A stretch of DNA of 64,000 bases, taken from Piedraia hortae CBS 480.64. Lineage: Eukaryota. The notes under the pieces were generated by a model, which worked only from the letters and a program-made list of their open reading frames with translations, ran no database searches and had not been told where the DNA came from. Below, piece by piece: positions 25,101 to 35,398 of the stretch. The stretch spans positions 186,001 to 250,000 of the forward strand of contig MU005967.1 of the NCBI GenBank assembly GCA_010093745.1, given 5' to 3'. Position 1 is the stretch's first letter. Each line of letters begins with the position of its first letter. The translations under genes and the position numbers were made by a program.

Positions 25101-25400
25101 GACGACCTCGGTTTCCTCCGCCCTGTTGAGGCCGGGAAGTGTCGTAACACGTGTCGCGACTTAGTAACACCGCCGAACTTCATGGTTGACCAGACAGATC
25201 CCGATTCGCTGGAGAATGTGGTGCAGTGGATGATCAAGCCCGATCCCGCTCGTCGCCCTACGGTTGACCAGTTGCTTATGACTGGAGGAGTGCAGTGGGT
25301 GGACAAGCGTCGTCGTTCGGGCGCCACCATCTACGAGGGCAGCTGGGGCCCGGCCGATGCGGTCGTAACTCCACAAGATGTCGAAATGGTGGATGTTTGA
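22194..25400 (+). CDS. WEE1: Wee1/Swe1-family mitotic inhibitory kinase
   Basis: GNGEFSQVY, AVKKS, HLDLKPANVF, KIGDFG and EGDREYIGPE; long S/T-P-rich N-terminus. Confidence 0.93.
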   Translation: MMEVECSPRHSNAVTQLMSPTHGHRDSVDSFASMRQIRQSLSRTPSKPQRFSLATTHSVPRSPSGLSRVCGSDSSGDSDRPRYAAKRIAACRSNLRRPSHPSPPRRALSDNVNHANAVPRFFRAPPFEDTPRGQENSDSGKRFTDVKDDVAKHERTAPLRRESVLHSRVDSLERNHGLLDLEVAKFGSPQPKRRSVYSTLLPDSSSLSLGLDGTASDCSEPCSSLDRPEHSAGSPSPFVCAMTGNSPARRSFSLRRSTLQQRTTNTRSRLFAVEGKEPGSPAPGGRKTRASLDSNVSLRTLDGGPDRAGEDLFPPLQKTVQQIAKAPHPLSFGEIAALNDENVPKVHREFSKSLPVCGARPAKASAALAHPSSHEAFATPAAFNSAKPLQQAFHSTGFISKRNNTIDLGSSLNSNFMPDTPSKKPSIHMLDTPAPSVFGRSIRPSDLNIPDTPFVAKVDWASGRGGNIFGSIDSTNRRASLFSATDSEDNNSPTHRFDSQSSNEEMPPTPTKSVGPTGTPRPQSKGKNSLRSSLFGRRTSVVPDTFAEKAEQDRSKYTPAVTPLAKRPRPAESPKDEASSPTSVGCRTPFSKRFLFSTPSPSRQRKKSSAKNRTAAGPTRLRYQSGDSPPVTPQDASMPDPSSLYISADYRPRESLAVRASADGIPATPTGPRADQSTFASTLGGNKPPAYISNDVDTTITARFARVSLTGNGEFSQVYRVQDPLVSGIALPSRGNPAARIWAVKKSRKQYLGNRDRMRKLKEVSILRALRGNEHILEFIESWEAESHLYIMTEYCENGNLKDFLLQAGFKSRLDDFRIWKILLELAQGVKAIHDANYMHLDLKPANVFIDWEGVLKIGDFGMASEWPAPADFEGEGDREYIGPEVLYGKVEKASDVFALGMIVLETAGNIVLPDNGLSWQRLRAGDLSDLPSLTWTSESSLNRDEHGNPLDTPESSREAFSSYPDERSDDLGFLRPVEAGKCRNTCRDLVTPPNFMVDQTDPDSLENVVQWMIKPDPARRPTVDQLLMTGGVQWVDKRRRSGATIYEGSWGPADAVVTPQDVEMVDV

Positions 25401-26144
25401 GCCATGGGTGATGAAGGCGATCTGGGTCTATCCAGCAACTTTGGGCTCGCCAATTATCAGCATTCTAACGACTTAACGAAGCATACGACAGCATTGCATG
25501 GGATTCGGAAGGTGCTTTTCTTGCGGGATTCATTTGTACTCTGGGTCGAATGCTGAAAGTGTTTTCAAGGAGCCTATGATTGGACGGGGATGCGGTTGTA
25601 TCCTCAGAACTTGTCTTTAGCGTCATCCCAATGGTTGAACAGATCTCTCGCAAACGTCCTATGTCAAGCGTGGTTGTCTCTCTGCTTCTAAGCGCCTCCA
25701 GCGTATATGTAGTTACTCTATATCCAATGCACAGAATATGTAGGGGGTGGGCCGGCCCTGCGTCATCCTGACTCGACGCGCCCTTTCCGAGAGTTGCTAC
25801 CGTACGAACAATCTATTTAAACGCCCTTGCCGAGGAAACCACAGCTTGTGCGAGCACACATGCTCATGACTACGGCCATGTGCAACAGAAGTGTGGCATT
25901 CCCGATAGCCCCGTTATAAATTACGTAATTACCTACATTGACAGCTTATTAATTCGTCACTGCCTTGTTTGCTCCCGCATTCGGTTGGCGCGGCTTGTGC
26001 GTCATCATCCCGCCGCCCGAGCCCTCCACCGCCCTCAGTCTTCCTCAGACGCCTCAAGACTGCCTTTTCTCCACATCCGCCTCGGGACAATGTTCCGCCG
26101 CCCCTCCATTGCACCCACCAAACAAGACGCGCGGCGCCGAGAGC

Positions 26145-28599
26145 ATGTCATCCGACCAGAGCGCGTTCCACTCGCTAAGTGGACAAGCGGAGACGGCGGA
26201 GCCAGCTGGCACCAGTGGCCCCGCCAATGACAGCGGGGCGGCGCTGCCCAAGCGACACCAGTCACCCAAACCCTCTGGCCCCGCGGCCCCGTCGCAGCAA
26301 GGTCAACGGGCACAATCGACGGTGGCGACAACAGCGGCGCCGGCGCTACGTAAGTCACCGTCAGGACGATTGACTCCGGCTCCAGTCGCATCTCCAGCTT
26401 CGGGATCCAGCCCACAGTCATCGCGCAACTCGTCCCCCGTGCACAAGGAGACCAAAGCCGGCATTTCAGCCGCCCTCTTTGCTCCTCAGCCTTCTGCAGC
26501 TGCAATCCAGCGCGCGTGGTCGGCCACCAGCGTTCCGTCGCTGCCCGTAACCAACTCGAACGTGGACGCCCCTAAGCCAGTGCCGCGTTCAAGCAAGAGC
26601 GCGGGGCCAGGGGTTGTGGACACAGCCTTGCAGTGGCCGACGTCCCCGAGACTGAAGTCGCCGCCACTGCCGTCACCAACGCACAAGAAGGTGGAACCGC
26701 TGTCGCTGAAGAAGACAGAGACTGTGAAGAAAGCAGAACCAATGAAAAAGGCAGATGTCAAAGGAGGCGAGGAGAAAAAGGCCGAGCAGCCGCTACCGGT
26801 GCCAAAGTCGGTCGCGCGGGGAGCGAGCGGCAAGTCTCCATTGGCCACGGTGCAGGAAAACGCCGACGCTGGTGGAGAGATTGCTCAGGTAACAGATGGA
26901 AAGGCTAAGCAGGCAGATGTCGACAGGCCTCAGTACGGAGAGAGCGGTAACGAGAGCACAGAGAGCCGGGCGGAGCGACGGAGTAGGCGGTCATCGATCA
27001 CACAGCCCAAGCAGTCTGCACGGTCGGCCGGCACGGTCAAGGGCTACGCTCCCCTGGGTGCGGCCAAGTCGCGGCAGGCAGAGGGCAAGCAGAACATGAC
27101 CGTAGAGACTGAGACGGTCGCGTCTGTTCCACAGTCTGGTCTGGCCGAACGCGCAGCAAGCGGCCGCAACGATGTCAGCACGCTCCGTCTGAAGCCCAGC
27201 AGCGAGACGATCCGGCCGCGAAAGGACCGTCGGAAGCCGGGTGCCAAGGCTAGAAGCATCAACCAGGGCACGGGTACGTTTTCCACATGGCAAACCTGTC
27301 GACGTAACTGACCATGCAGCGTCGACAAAGGCCGACCTTTTCGAAGCGCGTGTCGCGAGCGCGGTGGACGAGGCAAACACGTCTGATTCGGACGAGACGT
27401 TTGTGTACGAGTCGAACCCCGAGCCTCGTCGCTCCCGCCATCACTCGCGCACGCCCAGCGTTGCCTCGCTGCACAGCATCGTCGATACCCAGAGGGCAAT
27501 GCTGCGCACAGCCGGCGAGATGGACACGCCGCGCGTGACGGGCAAGCGAAGCTTCAAGTTCAGCAATCCGCCCTTTAGCGATGTGGACAGCGCTGACAAT
27601 GGCGGTGGCACCGTACGCGCCTATCAACCGCGCTATATCGGTGGCAAGTATGGCCGTGGCGTCAGTCATGCGTCTACCGTCGAGGATTCGCCGTTTACAC
27701 AGGCCACCAAGTCACGAAGTACGCATACCCTGCGCCCGTCGCGACCGCCGTCGCCTAGAAGCCCGTCGGGCCAGCAGAGGGTGTCGCTGTTTAGCCGCAA
27801 GGACAATCTATTTGACTTTGACCCCGAAGCATGCGATGACGAGCGCACGCCGCTGGTGGGATCCATCCGATCGCCTCGCGGTCTCGGACGTACGCATCGT
27901 ACCCACTATGAGCGTCACCCACGGTCGCGTTTCCGGCGGTTTGGCGGTTGTCTATTAGGGGCCTGCGTGCTCATGGCTGTAGTGCTAAGCACCGTGGCCT
28001 TTTTGGCGCTGTCAAATCGGCCGTTGAGCGACGTGCGGGTGCAGCGAATAGACAATGTGTTGGCCAGCGAAGACGAACTGATGCTGGATCTGGTGGTGAG
28101 TGCTGTCAATCCTAACGTGCTTGGCATCGCCGTGGGCAGTATGGACATCAATGTGTTCGCCAAAAGCCCCCACGTTGCTGCCATGACGGGCGGCGTAGAC
28201 GATGGCACCGACCCTCCAGGTGAAGACCTTGGCAGAGACGCACACACCATGCTGCTGGGACGAATATTCGATTTCGATCAGGCGCTCTCGTTTGGCGGCT
28301 CGCCTCTAAAGCACCACGCACACTCGTCTCGGGGCGAACTACGGTTGGCACATCCGGGCAATGTGACCAAGGCAGGCGAACAGAATCGCTGGGAAAGGAC
28401 TATCCAGCACCCTTTTGAACTCATCATTCGCGGTGTACTCCAATACCAACTCCCAATCAGCAATCACATGCAGCGCGTCTCTGTTGGGGCCAGTGTCATG
28501 GTTCACCCGGAGGATGGCATAGACGAGACGGGCCGGATGCGAGTGAAGCCGCTGCGCCCGCGTGAAAGAGAAGGAATGCGCCTGGACTGGCGACGATGA
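26145..28599 (+). CDS. VAC7: Vacuolar segregation protein / Fab1 regulator, intron 27274-27319
   Basis: FEARVASAVDEANTSDSDETFVYESN, TM helix, NVLASEDELMLDL and FELIIRGVLQYQLP. Confidence 0.88.
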
Positions 28600-28746
28600 T
28601 GGTTATGTACACGATACCCGGATGTATCAATGAATGCAGACTGTTTTGCATAAGCAGAATAATCAATGTGTCTGTGCTCCCGGTAAAAAGAAAAGAAAAA
28701 AAAAAAAAAAGACAAAGAAGAAAAAGGTGGGTAATACTACAAAATG

Positions 28747-29910
28747 CTATGCACCCAAACAACCGTCCAATAAACGCCGCAAATCTTCCCTTGATCGTTT
28801 CCCTCCCCCAGGCCAGCTCGTGTCTTCTTGATTACCAGCGTCCATCCTTGTACTTTGACGACGACCGTTGGCTGTCTCTTTGTGACGAGGAGGGGCTTTT
28901 ATCTGGCAAGTTTCAGCCATGAACGGATCCCTTCGCAGATACGGCTCGTTATGGTCCAAAGCCAGCCTGACATCCCGCATATCTATGGGCGAATTGCCTG
29001 GTGGTTCGGCCGAGTTCAGCTTCCGCCTTTTAGCCGGTTTGATGCATCCGTCTGAGCCGCTCCAGGCGTAAGTCATAAGGCTTCCCATCAGCTCCTTGAC
29101 GTACACCTCTAGCCCCTGCTCTACAAGCTCAGCACAAGCCTGGACCGTATTTGGCGACGTGCCCGTCACTCCCTCGCAGTGTGAAATTGGCTCCAGCCTA
29201 GCCTGTACTTCGCTCTGCGACGGAATCTCCTGCGTCTCCTGTGCCAGCGGCTGGGCGAACCTCTTCCTTGCCTCCAGCTCATAAGATACTCTGCTAACAC
29301 CACCCGCACTCATCGGCACATTATGCTCAACCGGCGGCTTCACCGTTAGCGCATTATGATAATCCACGGCCTCATCCCATCCCCTCGTTTCAATCGGAGG
29401 AAGCACATCAATCAAATTCTTGATCCTCCTCCTCTCCCTCGCCGAAAGTCCCATAACCTCCTTCTTCGTTATCTCCTCCCCTCTGTCCCTATTCCCACCC
29501 ACCCCTCCACTCTTCCCCGCATGTCTATCCGTCGTGTCCACAACCCACCCCGCGACCTCCCCATCCGGCTGATCGCGGTACAAATTCGCAAATATACTAA
29601 ACAAAAAAGCATTGTGCAGCCTCGTCGACTTCGCTGGATCAGTACTCTTCTTCTGGCCCTCCTGCCCTGTGCCTAGGATCAGAGGTCCAATCACCCATTG
29701 TAGCTCCGAGTGATTTAGTTTCCCTAACACGAAGTCCTTGATCGCCGTTTTGTATTCCAACCATCCGTCGCCCAGACAGGCGCGGAGTTGGAGCGTTGGT
29801 CCTTCCATGTCGATCCGCGATGTCCCGGACGCGGACGCTTTGCTACCGGGGCGGACAGCGCTCGCGGGCGCGAGGGACGGGCTCGTAGCCCCCGCGTCGG
29901 TGGGAACCAT
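28747..29910 (-). CDS. ADA1: SAGA complex subunit Ada1/Hfi1
   Basis: LGDGWLEYKTAIKDFVLGKLNHSEL, LHNAFLFSI and histone-fold-like CAELVEQGLEVYVKE. Confidence 0.82.
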   Translation of the reverse strand: MVPTDAGATSPSLAPASAVRPGSKASASGTSRIDMEGPTLQLRACLGDGWLEYKTAIKDFVLGKLNHSELQWVIGPLILGTGQEGQKKSTDPAKSTRLHNAFLFSIFANLYRDQPDGEVAGWVVDTTDRHAGKSGGVGGNRDRGEEITKKEVMGLSARERRRIKNLIDVLPPIETRGWDEAVDYHNALTVKPPVEHNVPMSAGGVSRVSYELEARKRFAQPLAQETQEIPSQSEVQARLEPISHCEGVTGTSPNTVQACAELVEQGLEVYVKELMGSLMTYAWSGSDGCIKPAKRRKLNSAEPPGNSPIDMRDVRLALDHNEPYLRRDPFMAETCQIKAPPRHKETANGRRQSTRMDAGNQEDTSWPGGGKRSREDLRRLLDGCLGA

Positions 29911-30897
29911 GACTGTCTACCAATGCGCTCGCTGCGCTCGCGACGGGTGAGGTCAATGTGGGGCCCCGCAAGACCGTTACGCTAGGGTTTAGGTTGTGGG
30001 GAAGCTTGTTTGTGGGTTGGGGTGATGAACGGGTTGGCGGGACTTGCGTTTGTGGGTCCCTGATGAGGGGAACGGAGGTTTTGTTAGCTGATGTGAATAA
30101 ATGTGTGTCTTGGTGATCATTTACTCCATTGGCTATCATGTGTTGAAAGGGTTGCTTTCTTGTTTACGCAAAATACGCTACGGTGATCTACTCAGGTTCT
30201 CCAAGCAATGAACGATGGGTGATCTAGTGATATGAACTAAACGGTAAAGAGTGATCACCAGTCGGTTATGGATTAGGGATCCGGCGAACAGATAGCTAGC
30301 GATTCCCACGACTTGTCCGTAAAAGTTCCTGTCGTTCTAGAGCGCACGAGTGAAACACCAACTCACCTACCTGTGAAGTCTAATTATCCAAACCCAGAGA
30401 GCACACCAAAGGTTACCCACCGAGCTCATGATGCCAACACTCAACAAGGACTTCGACGAAGCATACACGGCATTCGTCTGTAAGCTTTCCAACGTTGGAA
30501 TGGGGACATCAGGAATCCATGAGGATGGGCCACTCGAGAAGGTGCCTCTGGGACTGGCTGTGCGTACTTACCGACGCAGCTGGTCTGGTCTTCTTATCTT
30601 ATAGTGCACTGCCGGGCTGGGCGAGGTGGAGATTTGGCTCGCCATCTGTCTTTTCCCAAATCCAATTGTCTTCGTTCACACGAAAACGTCTCGTGTATTG
30701 GTGTACAATTGGTTTTTCTTCGGATTTTACTTTATTCAACACCCGCCATGTGGTACAGGTGTCGTTCAATTTTTCGTGGGAAACACGTCAATGTCCTGCG
30801 TTGGTGCGTAGAAGAGTAAATAGGACGAGGAGTCAGATTAAGGTAAAGCCATGAGTCGCGCTGTTGCTTAATTGACGCAGGAAATGTGTGCATTTGT

Positions 30898-31035
30898 TCA
30901 TAAACCAACCCTGGATAAGGAAGGGATATCGGTACGCAGGATGCAAGTATCGCCCCGTGTGGCATCAGTACACCACACAGCAGGAGACTCGCTGACGTCT
31001 TCACTGCATATCAATTTTGTCTTCAAAACACACAT
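30898..31035 (-). pseudogene. Degenerate MC-microprotein family member (type C-like)
   Basis: MCVLKTKLICSEDVSESPAVWCTDATRGDTCILRTDIPSLSRVGL*; C-x11-C-x8-C spacing identical to the 34322 copy; TGA falls about where the terminal CxxC begins. Confidence 0.5.
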
Positions 31036-31702
31036 TGGCGGCCATAAGTGAAGGATTGCCTTAAAGTTCGTTGGCAGAAAAGAGCTTGAAAGAGTGCTCG
31101 GTTTGTCCAATCACCCGGCATGAGTACGGTGTGGCATATTCCTGTTATAGGTATGCCCTCCACCTATGTTCATGTTAGCCTCCATGGGTACGGTCTCACT
31201 CCACACAAGCTAGGGGATTAATGGTGACCGATGGATGCCACCTTGGCGTTTTCCAGCGCGTAAATTTGGAGTTTACGCGGCTTCTTTCTACGCAGCTAGC
31301 ACTTGCCTGCGTCGACGGTGCAGGTCCTAAAGGATGCACTGGGTTCTCGTCAGCCAGACCCTTCTTCTAAGATATGGGACTACGCACAAGGAGGATGCAA
31401 ATTCAAATAGGGAGGCTAGTGACTAAACAACCTTGGAAGAGGTTAAAACCTCTTTTGATTGATCTATAGCTATGGTACTTGAGATAGGATGCATGATCTC
31501 GTCCTTCGAGCCTGAACATCCAATTCCCCACTGACATAAGCGAGCTACAAGTGTCACGAGGGAGTTACTCTAACCTCCAAGACCATTCACCCCTATGACG
31601 CGTAGCTCTTGACAGGAGCGGTCCTTTCTGTGTCTTACCTCTTTTGGAGCGACACTTCTTGGCAAGCAACCCTATCTTGACCTTGTTAAAAATTTTCAAC
31701 AA

Positions 31703-31741
31703 ACACAAACCACAAACCACAAACCACAAACCACAAACCAC
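31703..31741. repeat. (CCACAAA)n 7-bp microsatellite, ~5 copies, in the leader of microprotein A1
   Basis: Visible cacaaaccacaaaccacaaac... Confidence 0.9.
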
Positions 31742-31768
31742 ATGCACTGAACAAACCCGCAAGCCAAA

Positions 31769-32029
31769 ATGTGCTACTTCTACCGGCTCTATTGCCCGCG
31801 CTGTAAGCAGCATCTGCAGCAGGATCCCGAACACGAGTATATCCGCTCGAATGAAAGGTATAAGCAGTGCCGCGCTTTCAAGGAACATGGGGACCTGTCT
31901 AACGATCCCGTGTGCGCCTGGAATTTGAAAATCACCAAGCAGGATTGCCAGCTTTGTGCTGGGTGTTGTGCCGAGATAAAGGAGACCGAAACGCTTCGGG
32001 ACGAGGGAGGACATGGCTCTGCACAGTAG
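31769..32029 (+). CDS. Cys-rich MC-microprotein type A, copy A1 (86 aa)
   Basis: MCYFYRLYCPRC...KQC...PVCAWNLKITKQDCQLCAGC; AAAATG start context; clear paralog at 35731-36000. Confidence 0.75.
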   Translation: MCYFYRLYCPRCKQHLQQDPEHEYIRSNERYKQCRAFKEHGDLSNDPVCAWNLKITKQDCQLCAGCCAEIKETETLRDEGGHGSAQ

Positions 32030-32157
32030 AGATGTCATTATGACGAGAGTTGGCTGAGCGACAAGGGATACGAGTATGCATGCGAGTCAATGGGAGATTC
32101 ATGGGACTGGTAGATCGTTTCTTTGGTTCATTACACTGTCAACATCCTATACATGGT

Positions 32158-32268
32158 CTATCTAAAGCCATTGCGCCGGAACGAGGAGAACTTCGAGCCC
32201 GACGTACTCGTCCTGTTAATCAACACCGTACAGTGGTTCGTACTGCTTCTCCTCGCAGTGTGGCATGA
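32158..32268 (-). pseudogene. 3' remnant of MC-microprotein type C
   Basis: RSCHTARRSSTNHCTVLINRTSTSGSKFSSFRRNGFR*; homologous to the 34322 copy with both terminal Cys changed to Phe and the 5' part missing. Confidence 0.75.
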
Positions 32269-32518
32269 CCTCCACGCATGCATGCAAACTACCACAAGCA
32301 CCCGCTCAATCCACCATGATCCCCTCATTCATGGGTACGGCAAAGACATCTCGCAATGTCCTGATAAACCACTACAAGCACACTCTCTTTCCTCCCAGTA
32401 GTCCATGCCTCCACCACTAGTGCCCACCAAACCTTACATTTCCTTAGCTCCCTCCCCTAAGCTAAAACCAGCCTACACAAACCCTTCAAACCCTTCAAGC
32501 CCCTAACGACCAACCAAA

Positions 32519-32714
32519 ATGTGCAAAAATAGAGTATCCCGTTGTCCCGCATGCAGGGACATCATTGATATCGACCGCAAAGGCTGACCTAAACGCCAGA
32601 AGCACCAGTGCAATGAATTTACCCAAAAAAGAACTATCTCCGTCACCCGTGCCACCGTTGTGTGCAAAAACATCCACGCGGCAAGCCAGACCTGTATTGG
32701 GAGTTAATCAATTA
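32519..32714 (+). pseudogene. MC-microprotein type B, disrupted copy B1
   Basis: MCKNRVSRCPACRDIIDIDRKG*PKRQKHQC..., then a frameshift near the A6 run to YLRHPCHRCVQKH...WELIN*; TGA at 32585-32587 sits at a conserved Cys. Confidence 0.75.
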
Positions 32715-33034
32715 GAGTCTGTTTATCAAGATCATAACCGGGAATATCGATGAGGATTTAGATTTACATTCGAGTGGTGATAAGGGCACTGCGCAGGGTA
32801 AGGGTTCGAAGAGGTAGGTAGGGCTGTGTTAGGTTTATGTTCTCCCCGTGAGTACCGACTTTCGTTGCAATGAACCTAACAATTGTTCTCCCTGTATGTG
32901 CCAATTTCTATTACAGAACTTCAATGGCTCAAAGGCCTAATGGTGCTCACGCATTAGGCCTGGTATATGCCTCTATTTCCTTCTTTCTGTTTCGGTTCAA
33001 TTTACTTATACATACCGAAAGCTTGCAGGCCACC

Positions 33035-33226
33035 ATGTGTCTGTATACTACATACCACTGTCCACAATGCGGTAGGATCATTGTAGTTGGTAAGGCGGTG
33101 GTGGTGGAGGTGTGTTCCGTTGCTATTGCCAAGGCGGAGACGGTTGATATTGCAAGGACCATTGTGAAGGAGCAGGAGGCTGAAAGAGTCGAGAGAGAGC
33201 AGGGTCCTCTGCAGTTGACTAGGTAA
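33035..33226 (+). CDS. MC-microprotein type D (63 aa; C-terminal Cys set lost or frameshifted)
   Basis: GCCACCATG context; MCLYTTYHCPQCGRIIVVGKAVVVEVC shares C2/C9/C12 with the family. Confidence 0.5.
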   Translation: MCLYTTYHCPQCGRIIVVGKAVVVEVCSVAIAKAETVDIARTIVKEQEAERVEREQGPLQLTR

Positions 33227-33484
33227 GTGAAGAGCCGTCTACTGCTGCAGTTGAGAAGAACAGGGAGGAGTTGAATCCTACGGGGCCCAACCCTCTCGAG
33301 TGTCCATTGAGAGACTCGCGAGATGCAACGGGGACTCGAAAATGCACGAGGTGCAAGGGGGATAAAACTAAAGGTGAAGACCGGTGTGCGGTTGGAAATG
33401 TTCTCAGGACGTTTGTAGAATAGGATACAGTAGCTACGTGGTTTAGTCTAATCGTTAGTTATGTTGTTTAAATTTATGGTTACT

Positions 33485-34022
33485 CTAGTCATCGCTATCG
33501 TTTGAACTCATATCCGAGCTTGTGGTGGAACTTGTGTCCAAATTAGTATCCGAAATCGAACTCGAATCCGAATCCTTTTCTTTCCTGTGCTTAGTCGTGG
33601 TCTGCTTCTTATGCTTAGTCGTCATGCTTTTCTCGTGCTTGATCATCGTGCCCTTCTTGTACTTGATCACTGTATCCTTCTCGTATTTGGTCACTGTTTC
33701 CTTCTTGTGCTTGGTCGTTGTATCTTTATGCCCAGTCTTTGTACCCTCCTTGTGACCAGTGGCCGTATCCTCCTCGTGCTTGGCCGTCGGCGCCTCCTTG
33801 CCCCTAGACTTTTTTTCTCACAAACGGGCTCTGGTGGACCAGATGCCAGTTTACTATCGGATCACCGACTTCCTCGACACAACTCGTACATGCCCTGCGG
33901 AGGTAATAAGTCTTCTCTATGATATCAGTACACTCGTGGTTCTCAAATTGGGGACAGATTTTGCGCTTGACCGAGAGGATCTCCCTACGGGAGGGTCAGC
34001 GCAAAATCTTTACAGTGCACAT
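33485..34022 (-). pseudogene. MC-microprotein type B, disrupted copy B2 with 8-aa repeat tail
   Basis: MCTVKILR*PSRREILSVKRKICPQFENHECTDIIEKTYYLRRACTSC...NWHLVHQSPF; TGA at 33996-33998; frameshift at the T7 run ~33810 leads into repeats and ...NDSDD*. Confidence 0.75.
33580..33800. repeat. Degenerate 24-bp tandem repeat (~9 units) encoding T-K-H-K/E-K-x-T-x on the minus strand
   Basis: Periodic ...TGCTT(A/G)GTC... every 24 nt; translation TTKHKKET VTKYEKDT VIKYKKGT MIKHEKSM TTKHKKQT. Confidence 0.88.
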
Positions 34023-34321
34023 GTTGATTTATTGCTGTGGACTTGGGCTTTGCTCATCGGAGAAGGTTGGTTTTAGGTGGAAGGAGAGAAGCTGTGTAAA
34101 TAACGCAATCGGTGGCCATTGGAGCTGCTATCACGGACCGGGTGAAGTGAACGTGTGCAGGTGGGCATTGTGAGGCGCCTTTCCGCACCAATGGAGGAGA
34201 AGGGCATGCTCCACTGTGTGAATACGCCGTACCTGCGGAAAGCGCGGAGTATAAAAAGGTCACCCTTCCATGCCTTTCTCCTCCACCGAATACTCTTTAC
34301 ACTTATTGATCAAGCGATACA

Positions 34322-34501
34322 ATGTGCTACTACGACACCCGCACGTGTTTTACAGACGGTTGTAGCAACGTTATCAGCGGACCGACGCTGAAGTCGTGCG
34401 GTCGTGCTCTTAAAAGCAACCACTGTACGGCGCTGATTAACAGGACGATTAAGTCGACCTCGAAATGCGCCCCGTGTAGGCGAAATGGCTTTAGACAATA
34501 A
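34322..34501 (+). CDS. Cys-rich MC-microprotein type C, intact copy (59 aa, below the ORF-track cutoff)
   Basis: MCYYDTRTCFTDGCSNVISGPTLKSCGRALKSNHCTALINRTIKSTSKCAPCRRNGFRQ*; TATAAAA at ~34250; ACAATG start context. Confidence 0.72.
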   Translation: MCYYDTRTCFTDGCSNVISGPTLKSCGRALKSNHCTALINRTIKSTSKCAPCRRNGFRQ

Positions 34502-34924
34502 TTAGGACGTTGAAAGCGTAACAGCTTGGAAAAATCCCACCTTTCTCATGTCATTGACGTTTGCACGTAGATATAGATATAACCCATGCCTGACATTAAC
34601 TCCCACAACAACAATCTCTTCACTCCTTAAAAGCCCTCATGGCACATTGTAGTCAGTTGACACAAGGGCATTTGGGCTTCAACGTGTGGGATAATCCTAG
34701 ATAGAAGCCGAGACTTCCCAGGGTTTTAGAGTTTTCTCAAGAACGGGTTGCGGTCCCATTTTAATTGGAGTGCGTGATCGATCACGTGAACAGACAACAC
34801 AAGAAAAAGATACTCCTATCTAAACCCTAACCTAGTCATCGCTGTTATCACTGCTCGAGCTCGATTCTACTCTCTGTCTGTCCCTAGCCTTATACCTCTC
34901 AAAAGGAGTCAGTGTGATTAACTC

Positions 34925-35107
34925 TCAGTTTATCGCCGGCGTGCCAAATCTATGCTCTTGGACACAGCGGCGACATGCCTCCAGGCGATAAGAAGTCCTC
35001 TCTAAGACCCTGCTACATTGATGCCTCCGATAGTCGGGGCAGTCTCTGAGCTTCCGCTTGAGGATATGCTGGCAACAGCGACAGTGAGTGATACTTTCTA
35101 CGCACAT
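34925..35107 (-). CDS. Cys-rich MC-microprotein type B, copy B3 (60 aa; homologous frame continues past TGA to 34832)
   Basis: MCVESITHCRCCQHILKRKLRDCPDYRRHQCSRVLERTSYRLEACRRC...; all 7 family Cys intact. Confidence 0.7.
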   Translation of the reverse strand: MCVESITHCRCCQHILKRKLRDCPDYRRHQCSRVLERTSYRLEACRRCVQEHRFGTPAIN

Positions 35108-35398
35108 TTTTTCTGATCTTAGAAGGTTTTGGGTTTTCTTGAGGATCGCAAGCTGGTTTTACCTAATCAAGGGAAAGGTGCGTGACTGTACCATTTGGTG
35201 GGTACTGGTTTTTATTAACATTGGTAGGGCTATGGTAGTTCGTGAAGTCATTACAAGATGTATCCCTGGAAAAAAAGAACAGACCCTACTGTAAGGACCC
35301 CGTAACTACAATGCAGGGGGTGCGGTATAGAAGGGGCATCCTCTTCCGCCCTTTCCTCTCCAACAAAACCAATACGCAGATCAATCAATCAAAAAAAA

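Noticed and set aside
30101..30211. Another ATG-TGT (MCVLVIIY...) short ORF
   Set aside because: Only one further Cys and no family spacing; chance occurrence
30748..30819. MWYRCRSIFRGKHVNVLRWC ORF with good start context, convergent with the 31035 relic
   Set aside because: May be a very decayed family member, but it lacks Cys2 and the diagnostic spacing, so it is not supportable
33580..33800. 24-bp periodic array as a possible CRISPR
   Set aside because: No unique spacers, coding-type degeneracy, eukaryotic context and no cas genes
32519..34022. Selenoprotein interpretation of the TGA-containing ORFs
   Set aside because: The same copies carry frameshifts and other losses, and no SECIS is evident; kept only as a testable low-probability note
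34821..34835. TAAACCCTAACCTAG and other isolated TTAGGG-like words
   Set aside because: Too short for interstitial telomeric arrays; consistent with local skew
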